A stretch of DNA of 64,000 nt, taken from positions 172,546,001 through 172,610,000 of the forward strand of contig OZ024743.1 of assembly GCA_964016885.1 (NCBI GenBank). The letters are read 5' to 3'. Under the pieces are notes generated by a model. The model did not search any database. It saw nothing but the letters and a program-made list of their open reading frames with translations, and was not told the origin of the DNA. Each line of letters opens with the position of its first letter. Position 1 is the first letter of the stretch. Positions 12,179-25,287 of the stretch are shown piece by piece. This DNA is from Eledone cirrhosa. Taxonomy: Eukaryota. The position numbers and the translations under genes are program-made.

Positions 12179-12823
12179 GGCTCAAATATTCAAATATTCA
12201 ACTTTGTATTGTACACTGTATATCCAAAAAAAAATGGCTATAAATGGAAGAAGAAGAACCCCCCCCCCCTCCTCTCCTCTGGCTACACTATATAGGACAG
12301 CTAAACTCACCAACACCAGAAACTAGATACACCACCCACCCCATCATCTGTGTACACTGAACACAACAGCATTTTCACCTTCACCGCCACCGCTCACTAC
12401 GGCCATCATTACCACCACTATCCCATCACCGCCGCCACCACCCCTTGACTCCTTCACTGCTGCTGCCACCGCTACAGCACCATCACTACAGTAATACGGC
12501 TCAAATATTCAAATATTCAACTTTGTATTGTACACTGTATATCCAAAAAAAAAATAAAATGGCTATAAATGGAAGAAGAAGAACCCCCCCCCCCCTCCTC
12601 TCCTCTGGCTACACTATATAGGACAGCGAAACTCACCAACACCAGAAACTAGATACACCACCCACCCCATCATCTGTGTACACTAAACACAACAGCATTT
12701 TCACCTTCACCGCCACCGCTCACTACGGCCATCATTACCACCACTATCCCATCACCGCCGCCACCACCCCCTGACTCCTTCACTGCTGCTGCCACCGCTA
12801 CAGCACCATCACTACAGTAATAC
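12179..12823 (+). repeat. Tandem duplication (~320-bp unit x2) in Dong-A 5' region
   Basis: GGCTCAAATATTCAAATATTC starts at 12179 and again at 12498; the units are near-identical. Confidence 0.9.
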
Positions 12824-13394
12824 GGTCGCATCACCGCCACCACTGCCTCGGTATCGACATCACCACCACCACTGTCTCAGTATCGCCAACGCCGCCAGTC
12901 TCTGCTGGCTACCACTTCCACATTATAGAATTCCTACTACTAACAAAGAGGAAGGCATCAAAATATATAGATAGACTCAAAAAAAAAAAGAAAAAACAAA
13001 CAACAAAAGCAGCACAGCAACAACAGTAAAAAACGAGAAAAACAGAGAAAAACAAAAACAAAAAAAGAAACCCCCAAAACGTAAAGAAAATAAGAATGAA
13101 GAGAGAAGCAGGCGGACGGACAGAGAAGAGGGGGGAAAAAGTAAAACTTAAAAAACAAAAACTAAGTCAGACATTCGAATACTACATTACAATGAAACTT
13201 ATGCTTATTCATTTTTGGGGCCCTTTCTGCCCGGGTGTTTGTTTGTTTATGTGTGTCCGTATACAGCGTGGTGATAATGCCACACAAGGGCCAAGTGGGA
13301 TGGCGGATCCACAGATGGCTATGTAAACATACATTCGCCAATCCTCGATAAGAGTGTTTAAATATCGAACATAAACAGTTCGAATAACGGTGAA

Positions 13395-16300
13395 ATGGAG
13401 ACTAGAACGTCATGTGACAGACTCTCACCCAACAGGTGCCTCCTGGCTCAGCAGCAGGAACCTGACTGTCAACCAAATACTGCTGATGTTGGAGGAAGAA
13501 GAAGAAGGAAAGGGGCCAGAACCAACTGGACGAAAGAATTGAATAGAACTGTTATGCAATGCTACCTGAAAAGTAACCCCAAGGAGAGGGGCTACAGGAG
13601 ACGGATGCATAACATCTGGAACGAGATTGGTTTATTTAAATTAGATGAACAAAAATTGGCCGGGCAGGCTCGGGTAATAAGAACTAATGGGTGGATAAGC
13701 GAGCTGGAACTGGAGGAACTGAGCAGAGAGAATGGCTTGGAGATGGCGGGTGTAGTATGCCAGACAAGCGAGCCGGCGGGAAATGAAGGTGAGGAGGTCC
13801 TGAGAACGGAGGAACCACCCGAAGCAGACAATGATCTGAATACTGAGATAAATAATACCTGGAACAGAGAAACGGCCACTGAGGAGATGAATGCTGACGG
13901 GCTAGGACAAGATTCGGTTGACATCCTAAATTTAGTGGTAGATGAGTTGAACAATGATAGTGGGAGACCTATGAACCTAAGATTTGTAGACAGGAAAAAG
14001 TTAAAAGAAACAACAGCTAAGGTAAACAAAGTCATCCCATACCTTGAGGCGAGGAGTCTTCACCAGTGCAACAATATCCTCAAAGCAACAGCAAATACGG
14101 TGAGGAAACTACTTGGTATAAAAGCGAGAGGAAACAACAGACAAGAAAGAGCAGAGCCGTGGTGGAAGAAGCGACTGAGTGGGCAAATCGGGGAAATGAG
14201 AAATGACATAGGAAAGCTTGAGTCACTACTGAATGGGACACTAAAAAACATAGGCACTAAAAATAGACTGGAAATAAAATACAAAACTAGGAGTAAAAAG
14301 CTAAATATTATCATAGAGGAATTGAAGCAACGCATTGTAGCAAAGAGTGCCAAAATCAGGCGATACGAGAACAGAGTCAGTCAGTATAAACAGAACCGCA
14401 TGTTCGACAACAACCAGAAGATGCTGTTTGGACAGCTTGAGGGGAAAGAAAGAGGCAACGACTTGATCCCTGGGGCGGAACAAGCTAAAACATTCTGGAG
14501 AAGAATATGGGAGCAAGATGTTAGACACAATGCCCAGGCAGGGTGGATTGAGACAGTACAGAGGGAGATCGGTGAGCAGGCACAGCAACAGACTGATTTG
14601 AGTATCACAGTTGAAACTCTTAAGGGGCAAGCCAAAAAACTAACCAACTGGAAATCACCAGGCCCAGATGGTGTGCAGGGGTATTGGATTAAACATTTAA
14701 CATCCCTCCACCCGAAGCTGACGGCCATGTTCAATGACTGCTTGGTGTCGGGTGAGGTGCCAGAGTGGTTGACAAAAGGTACCACAGTTCTGATAATGAA
14801 AGACCGAATCAAGGGTAATGATGTTACCAACTATAGACCTATCACATGTCTGCCCGTAAAGTGGAAACTGTTGACGAGCATTGTGTCTGAGGAAATCTAC
14901 CATCACCTCCACACAAACAACTTGTTGCCGGACGAACAGAAAGGATGCCGAAAGAAGTCACGTGGTACAAAGGACCAGTTGCTTATTGATAAGATGGTAA
15001 TGGGGAATTGCAGGAGGAGACACACTGATCTTGCCATGGGATGGATAGACTACAGAAAGGCATTTGACATGGTGCCTCATTCCTGGATCACCAAAAGCCT
15101 GGAGATCTTCAGGGTGGCAGATAACATCAGACAGTTGCTGGGCAGGAGTATGGGGTCCTGGGAGACAGAGTTGACATCAACTGGAGTATCCTTGGGAAGC
15201 GTGAAGATCAAGAGAGGTATCTTCCAGGGAGATAGCCTGTCCCCTCTGTTGTTTGTCCTTGCCCTGATGCCCTTGACCATTATGCTGCGAAAAGTGAGAG
15301 CAGGATACAAGTTGGGAAGGGGAGAGCTTACCATCAATCACCTCCTCTTCATGGACGATCTTAAGCTCTTCGGGAAAAGTGAGAAGGAGTTGGATGTGCT
15401 TGTTGACACTGTCCGTATTTTCAGCAGTGATATATGTATGCAGTTTGGTATTGGTAAATGTGGAGTCATTGTGATGAGGAGGGGTAGGTTGAGCAGAAGT
15501 AACGGGATCCAGATACCAACAGGTGAGATGATAAAGGAAATTGACTCTGAGGAAGGATACAAGTATTTGGGCGTTCTGGAGGCTGATGGCATAAAGAACA
15601 AAAAAATGAAGGAATTGTTAAGAACTGAATACATTCGGAGAGTAAGGAGCGTATTGAAGTCACATCTGAACAGCAGAAATGCCATAAGCGCAGTAAATTC
15701 CCGAGCTGTGTCTATTATTAGGTACAGTGCGGGAATTCTGAGATGGAATGTTGCTGAACAAAAAGAAATGGATAGGAAGACTAGGAAGCTATTGACTATC
15801 TACAACATGTTCCACAAGAGGAGTGATGTCGATAGACTCTACCTAAGGAGATCTGAGGGTGGAAGAGGTCTTATCAGCATAGAGGACTGTGTTCAGATGG
15901 AGAAAAACAACCTATACAAATACGTGACCTATAGTAAGGAGCCAATGCTCAGAGCTGTACTGAAGGAGGGGACAGTAGGCCAGGGGATACCCAAGGAGGA
16001 AATAACATCAAGGAGGAAGAGCAGCCTTAAGGGAAAATCCCTTCATAGTACCTTCTTTGAGAAAACTGAATTTAGAGATCCACAGACATGGAACTGGTTG
16101 AGAAGAGGAGACCTCAAAAAGGCTACAGAAGGAATGCTAATGGCTGCGCAGGAGCAGGCCCTCAAAACGAAGTGGTTGAAGCACCATATCTACAAGGAGG
16201 AGGCTAGCCCACTGTGCAGGATCTGTGGAGAGAGAGAGGAGACTGTGGCTCACATTGTGTCCGAGTGTAAACACCTAGCCCAGACCCACTATAAGGGCTG

Positions 16301-16787
16301 GAGACACGATGTGATGGGCAGGGTGATCCACTGGCACCTGTGCAAAGTAAACAATCTACCACATTCTGAGAAATGGTATGAGCATAGGCCAGAGGCGGTG
16401 ATGGAGAACAGTCAGGTGAAGGTGCTGTGGGATTTTAGGATACAGACGGACAAAAAACTGGAGCACAATAGACCTGACCTGGTGGTTGTGGACAAAGAAA
16501 AAAGATCGTGCCTGATTGTGGATGTGGCCTGCCCGTTCGACACGAGAGTGCAAGAGAAGGAGAGGGAGAAAATTAACCGATACCAGGACCTAAAGTGGGA
16601 GGTGAAAAGGATTTGGAACTGCCATGAAGTCAAAGTGATCCCGATTGTCATAGGCGCACTGGGGACTATCTCCAAAGGTTTCCAGGGATGGTTAAAGAAA
16701 ATCGGCCCCTTCACGCTTTTTGGAACGCTTCAAAAGGCATGCTTGCTTGGAACGGCAAGAACCCTCCGATACGTCCTGAATATCTGA
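13395..16787 (+). CDS. R4/Dong-type polyprotein: N-terminal Myb-like region, RT, CCHC knuckle, restriction-like endonuclease (1130 aa, intact)
   Basis: KSPGPDG, YRPITCL, IDYRKAFD, GIFQGDSLSP, FMDD; CRICGEREETVAHIVSEC; RHD; RPD..D..P..K RLE motif. Confidence 0.95.
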   Translation: METRTSCDRLSPNRCLLAQQQEPDCQPNTADVGGRRRRKGARTNWTKELNRTVMQCYLKSNPKERGYRRRMHNIWNEIGLFKLDEQKLAGQARVIRTNGWISELELEELSRENGLEMAGVVCQTSEPAGNEGEEVLRTEEPPEADNDLNTEINNTWNRETATEEMNADGLGQDSVDILNLVVDELNNDSGRPMNLRFVDRKKLKETTAKVNKVIPYLEARSLHQCNNILKATANTVRKLLGIKARGNNRQERAEPWWKKRLSGQIGEMRNDIGKLESLLNGTLKNIGTKNRLEIKYKTRSKKLNIIIEELKQRIVAKSAKIRRYENRVSQYKQNRMFDNNQKMLFGQLEGKERGNDLIPGAEQAKTFWRRIWEQDVRHNAQAGWIETVQREIGEQAQQQTDLSITVETLKGQAKKLTNWKSPGPDGVQGYWIKHLTSLHPKLTAMFNDCLVSGEVPEWLTKGTTVLIMKDRIKGNDVTNYRPITCLPVKWKLLTSIVSEEIYHHLHTNNLLPDEQKGCRKKSRGTKDQLLIDKMVMGNCRRRHTDLAMGWIDYRKAFDMVPHSWITKSLEIFRVADNIRQLLGRSMGSWETELTSTGVSLGSVKIKRGIFQGDSLSPLLFVLALMPLTIMLRKVRAGYKLGRGELTINHLLFMDDLKLFGKSEKELDVLVDTVRIFSSDICMQFGIGKCGVIVMRRGRLSRSNGIQIPTGEMIKEIDSEEGYKYLGVLEADGIKNKKMKELLRTEYIRRVRSVLKSHLNSRNAISAVNSRAVSIIRYSAGILRWNVAEQKEMDRKTRKLLTIYNMFHKRSDVDRLYLRRSEGGRGLISIEDCVQMEKNNLYKYVTYSKEPMLRAVLKEGTVGQGIPKEEITSRRKSSLKGKSLHSTFFEKTEFRDPQTWNWLRRGDLKKATEGMLMAAQEQALKTKWLKHHIYKEEASPLCRICGEREETVAHIVSECKHLAQTHYKGWRHDVMGRVIHWHLCKVNNLPHSEKWYEHRPEAVMENSQVKVLWDFRIQTDKKLEHNRPDLVVVDKEKRSCLIVDVACPFDTRVQEKEREKINRYQDLKWEVKRIWNCHEVKVIPIVIGALGTISKGFQGWLKKIGPFTLFGTLQKACLLGTARTLRYVLNI

Positions 16788-16860
16788 GGCTGCAGGTAGT
16801 GGCTTGATATTCAATCCAACGGACTTTCCAGTTAACCAACGTCAATGACTGAGATTCAAG

Positions 16861-16943
<83 letters not shown>

Positions 16944-16944
<1 letters not shown>

Positions 16945-18808
16945 GATGGTAATGGGGAATTGCAGGAGGAGACACACTGATCTTGCCATGGGATGGATAG
17001 ACTACAGAAAGGCATTTGACATGGTGCCTCATTCCTGGATCACCAAAAGCCTGGAGGTCTTCAGGGTGGCAGATAACATCAGACAGTTGCTGGGCAGGAG
17101 TATGGGGTCCTGGGAGACAGAGTTGACATCAACTGGAGTATCCTTGGGAAGCGTGAAGATCAAGAGAGGTATCTTCCAGGGAGATAGCCTGTCCCCTCTG
17201 TTGTTTGTCCTTGCCCTGATGCCCTTGACCATTATGCTGCGAAAAGTGAGAGCAGGATACAAGTTGGGAAGGGGAGAGCTTACCATCAATCACCTCCTCT
17301 TCATGGACGATCTTAAGCTCTTCGGGAAAAGTGAGAAGGAGTTGGATATGCTTGTTGACACTGTCCGTATTTTCAGCAGTGATATATGTATGCAGTTTGG
17401 TATTGGTAAATGTGGAGTCATTGTGATGAAGAGGGGTAAGTTGAGTAACGGGATCCAGATACCAACAGGTGAGATGATAAAGGAAATTGACTCTGAGGAA
17501 GGATACAAGTATTTGGGCGTTCTGGAGGCTGATGGCATAAAGAACAAAAAAATGAAGGAATTGTTAAGAACTGAATACATTCGGAGAGTAAGGAGCGTAT
17601 TGAAGTCACATCTGAACAGCAGAAATGCCATAAGCGCAGTAAATTCCCGAGCTGTGTCTATTATTAGGTACAGTGCGGGAATTCTGAGATGGAATGTTGC
17701 TGAACAAAAAGAAATGGATAGGAAGACTAGGAAGCTATTGACTATCTACAACATGTTCCACAAGAGGAGTGATGTCGATAGACTCTACCTAAGGAGATCT
17801 GAGGGTGGAAGAGGTCTTATCAGCATAGAGGACTGTGTTCAGATGGAGAAAAACAACCTATACAAATACGTGACCTATAGTAAGGAGCCAATGCTCAGAA
17901 CTGTACTGAAGGAGGGGACAGTAGGCCAGGGGATGTCCAAGGAGGAAATAACATCAAGGAGGAAGAGCAGCCTTAAGGGAAAATCCCTTCATAGTACCTT
18001 CTTTGAGAAAACTGAATTTAGAGATCCACAGACATGGAACTGGTTGAGAAGAGGAGACCTCAAAAAGGCTACAGAAGGAATGCTAATGGCTGCGCAGGAG
18101 CAGGCCCTCAAAACGAAGTGGTTGAAGCACCATATCTACAAGGAGGAGGCTAGCCCACTGTGCAGGATCTGGTGGAGAGAGAGAGGAGACTGTGGCTCAC
18201 ATTGTGTCCGAGTGTAAACACCTAGCCCAGACCCACTATAAGGGCTGGAGACACGATGTGATGGGCAGGGTGATCCACTGGCACCTGTGCAAAGTAAACA
18301 ATCTACCACATTCTGAGAAATGGTATGAGCATAGGCCAGAGGCGGTGATGGAGAACAGTCAGGTGAAGGTGCTGTGGGATTTTAGGATACAGACGGACAA
18401 AAAACTGGAACACAATAGACCTGACCTGGTGGTTGTGGACAAAGAAAAAAGATCGTGCCTGATTGTGGATGTGGCCTGCCCGTTCGACACGAGAGTGCAA
18501 GAGAAGGAGAGGGAGAAAATTAACCGATACCAGGACCTAAAGTGGGAGGTGAAAAGGATTTGGAACTGCCATGAAGTCAAAGTGATCCCGATTGTCATAG
18601 GCGCACTGGGGACTATCTCCAAAGGTTTCCAGGGATGGTTAAAGAAAATCGGCCCCTTCACGCTTTTTGGAACGCTTCAAAAGGCATGCTTGCTTGGAAC
18701 GGCAAGAACCCTCCGATACGTCCTGAATATCTGAGGCTGCAGGTAGTGGCTTGATATTCAATCCAACGGACTTTCCAGTTAACCAACATCAATGACTGAG
18801 ATTCAAGG
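16944..18808 (+). mobile_element. Dong-A 5'-truncated copy (frameshift near 18171)
   Basis: Starts in the TAA tail of the upstream copy; near-identical to 14991-16861; tail at 18809-18856. Confidence 0.95.
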
Positions 18809-18820
18809 AATAACAATAAC

Positions 18821-18856
<36 letters not shown>

Positions 18857-18858
<2 letters not shown>

Positions 18859-21800
18859 CACATATATTAAACATACGCGACACAAATGCATAGATACTAC
18901 AGATCAAACAAAACTAGTCTATTCAACACAGATATTAAACATACACGACACAAACGCATAGATACTACATATCAAAAAAAAACTAGTCCACTCAACAAAA
19001 CTCAGTAACAACAACGCCACCGCCGCCACCACTCCTTCATTGCTACCACCACTATTCCCCTGTTAACTTAAGAAAGGGGAAGGTGGCGGTATCACTAGAC
19101 AAGGGAGAGGCTAGCAAAAGATATAAATAGATTGACTTAGTGACCAGGCCACCGGCCAAACGTCAACAACTATGACACTGCTGGCTCCCCCCTTCCTCAC
19201 CAACAATATAAAAAGCGCCAGCACCACCACCGACATAGCCAACAACAATAACAGGCAATTCAGCAAAAAGTATATTATATTATTGTAATGCACTGGGTGA
19301 TTGCTGGCCTTGTGCCTGGAGTGGAGACAATTATTATTATTATTAATAATTTCATTCTTAAGCCACGCAATGCTCACATTAAGGAACCATAATAACAATT
19401 TAAAAAAACAACAAAAAAGAAAACTCCGTGACCAAGAAATACCGGGATGGCGGGCGGCCGGCGGGGAATAGCCGTGTCTCTAGGGGAGAACGACCCCTCT
19501 AGTCTTGGTTGACACTCGTTCTAGAAGTGGTAACACGAAATGATTACCCCTTGGCGGATAAGGATAAAACGCGACAAAATAAAGTAAATGTCTAATGATA
19601 AAATCTCATACCGGATCGGCCGTCACCCGGGTAAAAAAGGGCCGCGTCCCTCAGAGAGGAACCAGACTGGGGTCGAAAAATCAGCTAATGGTTCAAACCT
19701 TCCCATCACTTCGGAGCTGGAGACCTCGCATAACCGGAATACTCCTACTGTTGGCCCTCCATGCTCACCACCAATAAATCCAAAGTAAAAGAGAGCAAAA
19801 TGGTCAAGGGAAGATAATAAAGAAGTCCTTGAGGCTTTCTACACTGCCATGTACTACCCATCAAATACATCGAATACAGAACAGACATATATCAACTGCA
19901 AAAAGAAACATCCCGAAAACAGAGGCTATATTGACAGTAACAAACTAGCCAATATACGAAGAAATATTGTAAAAAAAGAGTTACTAACTGATATAGAAAT
20001 TGATCAGATCAAGCTATTAGCACAAAGTCAGCGAAGGGAAAATGAAACATGTGTCAGTGAAAACGAGGTAAATTGTAACACTTCGAATCCCAGAGTTGAA
20101 GCGGAATCACTGGCAACAAAACAAATTAAAGAAAGGATCGAAAAAGTAGAGGGAGTGCATGCTCAAGATGAAACTCCAAATGAAAATAATGAGATCGTAA
20201 ATGATAAAGAAATGAATGAGAATTAACTTGCCAACTTGAAGGATGAAATTATGATCGAATGGATGAAAATGAAAGAATATGACATGGGACAACGAGACAC
20301 CCTCCCTAAGATCCAGAACTCCAAACAGAACCAAAAGATAATACACAAGACTAACATAATTCTCAAAAACATTATCATCACAAACAAACTAAACATTACT
20401 GATTTAAATCATCTCTATTATGCATCGGCTAAAGTCACCACTCACTTATGTGGAGTGAAGATGAAAAAACAAAGGAATTCCCACAAGAAATCTACTTGGC
20501 AAGAGAACATCAATCGCCAAATAAACCTTCTCCGATCTGACATAGAAATTTTAACAAACTATAAAGTAGGTGAACATGTTAAACAAACTAAACTTAGAAA
20601 ATTGAAAAGAAAGTACAGTATAAAATCAACAAGTGACATAGACATGCTGATAGAAATAATCAAGCAAAAAGTGTCGGCCAAAGCTGCTCGTATAAGGCGC
20701 TTTGAAAAACGATCTAGATTCTATAAGGACAATAATATGTTCAAAAACAACCAAAGAAACTTCTACAGAAAAATTGGTAAGTCAACAATAACTGCTAAAT
20801 CAATACCACCCAAGGAAGAAGTGCAAGAATTCTGGGAAAAGATCTGGGCCGAAGAAAAAGTTCATAACATACATGCCCCATGGATAGACAGACAAATGAA
20901 AGATACAGCTCACCTTGAGGAACAAATATGGGAAAATATAACAGTTGAACAGTTGCGCTTGGTTCTAAGAAAAACCAGCAAATGGAAATCCCCAGGAAAA
21001 GACAAAATACAAAATTTTTAGATAAATGCCTTCACAGAGTCTCATGAGCTGTTAGCCCAACTTTACAATGAAATAGTTAAGGAGCCAGAAAAGATACCAT
21101 TATGGCTAGTTAACGGCATTACATTCCTGCTTCCGGAGAATGATGAGACAAACAATCCCAAAAATTACAGACCGATAACTTGCTTGACCACAATGTATAA
21201 CATTTTAACATCAGTCCTAACTGAATACACATATGACCACCTGATAACAAATGACCTATTTCCCATTGAACAGAAAGGGTGTAAACGAGGCTCATATGGC
21301 TGTAAGGATCAGCTTTTGGTTAACAAAATGATACTGGAAGATAATAGACACAAAAATCTATCAATTGCTTGGATAGATTATAAAAAAGCATTCGATAGTT
21401 TGCCACACAGTTGGATTGAAAAATGTTTAGAGATTTTCAAAATATCCCCCGTTGTCAGGAGGTTTTTGTCATTCAGTATGAAGACATGGAAAACGACACT
21501 CCTTTTGAATAGTGAAACAAAATCACTGGAAGCTGGAGAAGTTAATATTAATTGTGGAATTTTTCAGGGTGACTCTTTATCACCGCTTTTATTCTGCATC
21601 GCACTTATACCATTAAGTAAAATGCTCAATGAAACAAAACATGGATATAAAGTCTATGACAAAACCATTAATCGCCTGTTCTACATGGATGACCTGAAAC
21701 TATTTGCAAAAAATGATGAACAATTGCAAGGGCTATTATCCACTGTGGAGCAGTTCAGTGATGACATTAAAATGGAGTTTGGACTAGATAAATGCGCCAA

Positions 21801-23376
21801 AGCAACGTTCACCTGAGGAAAGCTGCTGAAGAGTTCAGACATTAATCTTGATCGGGGGAACGTGATAAGAGAACTTGATCAAGAAAAAACTTACAAATAT
21901 CTAGATGTTTGTGAAGGAGACGGAATCAAGCACTCGACAATGATGGAAAGGATAAGGAAGGAATGTTACCGCAGAGTAAGAGCAATCTTAAGAACGGAAT
22001 AGAATGCAAGGAATAGGATCGATGCCATAAACACGCTTGCCATACCAGTAGTAACCTACAGTTACAATGTCATCAACTGGTCAAGCACAGAGATCCGTAG
22101 GTTCGATACAAAAATTCGAAAATTCTTAACCATGCACAGAATGCATCACCCTAAGGCAGATATAGATAGAATATATCTATCTAGGAAAGAAGGAGGACGT
22201 GGGTTAGTCCAGTTAGACATTGCGTTGAAAACTGCAACAATTGGATTATCTACATATCTAAGGGAATCACATGATTGGATGATCAAACTCGTTTTGAAAC
22301 ACGAAAGCATCAACAGATCATACTCCATTACAAAAGATGCACAAAGATACAGTAATGGACTACAAATTTCAGAAGTCCTATTTACTGCTGAAATGGAAAA
22401 CACAGAAAAAGCAAAGCAGGTAAAAGTAACTGCAAAGAAAGAACTGCTACAGAAACTGGCTAAGAAATGGCAAGAAAAGCCTCTGTATGGAAAATACCCA
22501 GAGCGAGCTAACAATCCTGATGTTGACAAAACCTTAACTCATCAGTGGTTGGCATCCTCTGGACTGAAATCGGAGACTGAAGGACTGATTATATCAGCAC
22601 AAGTTCAATGTCTGCCAACAAAAAATTACCAAGCCAACATAATAAGAAATGGATGCAGCCCATTATGCCGTGTATGCAAAAAACAACCAGAGACCATTGA
22701 TCATATAATTTCAATGTGCAGTCCTATAGCTCCAACCGAATACCTAAACAGGCATGACAGAGCTGCACAATACATACATTGGATAATGTGTAAGCATTTT
22801 GACCTGCCCCATCAAAAGAATTGGTGGGGGCATCAACGACCGCCCATACTTGAAAAAGATCATATCTCAATCTTGTGGAACTTTAGCATCCAAACAGACC
22901 GAAAAATAGATGCGAATAGACCTGATATAATATTGAAGGACTTTAAAAAGAGGGTATGCCTGCTAATTGATATGTCCGTTCCAATAGACAAGAATGTATC
23001 TATAAAAACATTTGAAAAATTGAGCAAGTATAAGGACCTGGAGATAGAAATTGGAAAAATGTGGAAATTGAGAACTAAAACAATACCAGTGGTTGTAGGC
23101 GCTCTGGGAATGATACCTAAGGGGTTTAATGATTACTTATCGCAAATCCCAGGAAACCCGCGTATAGGAGAAATACAAAAGATAGTACTAATGGGAACTG
23201 CCCATATACTAAGGAAGATTCTGTCAATATAAGTACATCACAAGTCTAAACACTAAAGATTCATGTGTGAGTATGTATGTTCTTTCTTGAACATGGCGGA
23301 CCTTGTTGTCTCTTGAGGTCACTGGTTGTGACTTGATGATAACTCGTATGAACATAAAGCAAGATAAATGCAACTG
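18857..23376 (+). mobile_element. R4/Dong-like family B, near-full-length, pseudogenised
   Basis: Homologous to 32710-37156. The ORF is broken by several stops (19588-23232). TAA tail at 23377-23399. Confidence 0.93.
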
Positions 23377-23398
23377 TAATAATAATAATAATAATAAT

Positions 23399-25269
23399 AG
23401 AAAGGATGCCGAAAGAAGTCCCGTGGTACAAAGGACCAGTTATTTATTGATATGATGGTAATGAGGAAAGTCTTGCCATGGGATGGATAGACTACAAAAA
23501 GGCATTTGACATGGTGCCTCATTCTTGGATCACCAAAAGCCTAGAGATCTTTAAGGTGGCAGATAACATCAGACAGTTGTTGGGCAAAAGTATGACGTCC
23601 TGGAAAACAGAGTTAACACCAACTGGAGAATCCTTGGGAGGCGTAAAGATCAAGAGAGGTATCTTCCAGGGAGATAGTCTGTCTCCTCTGTTGTTTGTCC
23701 TTGCCCTGATGCCCCTGACCATTATACTGCGAAAAGTGAGAGCAGGATACAAGTTGGGAAAGGGAGAGCTTATCATCAATCAACTCCTCTTCATGGACGA
23801 TCTTAAGCTCTTCGGGAAGAGTGAGAATGAGTTGGATGTGCTTGTTAAAACTGTCCGTATTTTCAGCAGTGATATATGTATGCAATTTGGTATTAGTAAG
23901 TGTGGAGTCCTTGTGATGAAGAGGGGTAAATTGAGCAGAAGCAACGGAATCCAGGTACCAACAGGTGAGATGATAAAGGAAATTGACACTGAAGAAGGAT
24001 ACAAGTATTTGGGTGTTCTGGAGGCTGATGACATCAAGAACAAAAAAATGAAGGAATTGATAAGATCTGAATACATTCGGAGAGTAATGAGCGTATTAAA
24101 GTCACATCTGAACAGTAGGAATGCCATAAGTGCAGTAAATTCCCGAGCTGTGTCTATTATTAGGTACAGTGCGGGAATTCTGAGATGGAATGTTGCTGAA
24201 CAAAAAGAAATGGATAGGAAGACTAGGAAGCTATTGACTATCTACAACATGTTCCACAAGAGGAGTGATGTCGATTGACTCTACTTAAGGAGATCTGAAG
24301 GTGGATGAGGTCTTATCAGCATAGAGGACTGTGTTCAGATGGGGAAAAAACAACCTACACAAATATGTGACTGGGAGTAAGAAGCCAATGCTCAGAATTG
24401 TACTGAAGGAGAGGACAATAGACCAGGGGATGTCCAAGGAGGAAATAACAAGGAGAAAGAGCAACCTTCATGAAAAATCCCTTCATAGTACCTTCTTTAA
24501 GAAAGCTGAATTTAGAGATCCACAGACATGGTTACAGAAGGAATGCTAATGGCTGCGCAAGAGCAGGCCCTCAAATCGAAGTGGCTGAAACACCATATTT
24601 ACAAGGAGGAGGCTAGCCCACTGTTAAGGATCTGTGTAGAGAGAGAAGAGACTATGGCTCACATTGTATCCGAGTGTAAACACCTAGCCCAGACTCACTA
24701 TAAAGGCTGGAGACATGATGTGATGGGCCGGGTGATGCACTGGCACCTATGCAAAGTAAACAATTTACCACATTCTGAGAAGTGGTATGAGCATAAGCCA
24801 GAGTCGGTGATAGAAAACGATCAGGTGAAGGTGCTGTGGGATTTTAGGATACAGACGGACAAGAAACTGGAACACAATAGACCTGACCTGGTGGTTTTGG
24901 ACAAAGAAAAAAGATCGTGCCTGATTGTCGATGTGTCCTGCCCATTCGACACGAGAGTGCAAGAGAAGGAGAGGGAGAAAATTAACCGATACCAGGACCT
25001 AAATTGGGAGGTAAAAAGGATTTGGAACTGCCATGAAGTCAAAGTGGTCCCGATTGTCATAGGCGCACTAGGTACTATCTCAAAAGGTTTCCAGGGTTGG
25101 TTAAAGAAAATTGGCCCCGCCACGCTTTTTGGAACGCTTCAAAAGGCATGCTTGCTGGAACAGCAAGAACCCTCCGATACGTCCTGAATATCTGAGGTTG
25201 CAGGCAGTGGCTTGATATTCATTTCAACAAACTTTCCAGTTAACTAACATCAATGACTGAGACTCAAAG
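23399..25269 (+). mobile_element. Dong-A older/diverged 5'-truncated copy
   Basis: Homologous to the Dong-A RT-RLE region with many substitutions, deletions and stops; tail at 25270-25290. Confidence 0.92.
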
Positions 25270-25287
25270 AATACTAATAATAATAAT

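Larger units (their letters stand above)
12013..16861 (+). mobile_element. R4/Dong-like family A, apparently full-length
   Basis: Starts directly after (TAA)n; ~1.4-kb 5' region, single ORF, 74-bp 3' UTR and pure (TAA)n tail at 16862-16943. Confidence 0.92.

Noticed and set aside
13325-13360. HDV-like ribozyme around TCCTCG in the Dong-A leader
   Set aside because: Flanking P3 and P1 pairings could not be formed.
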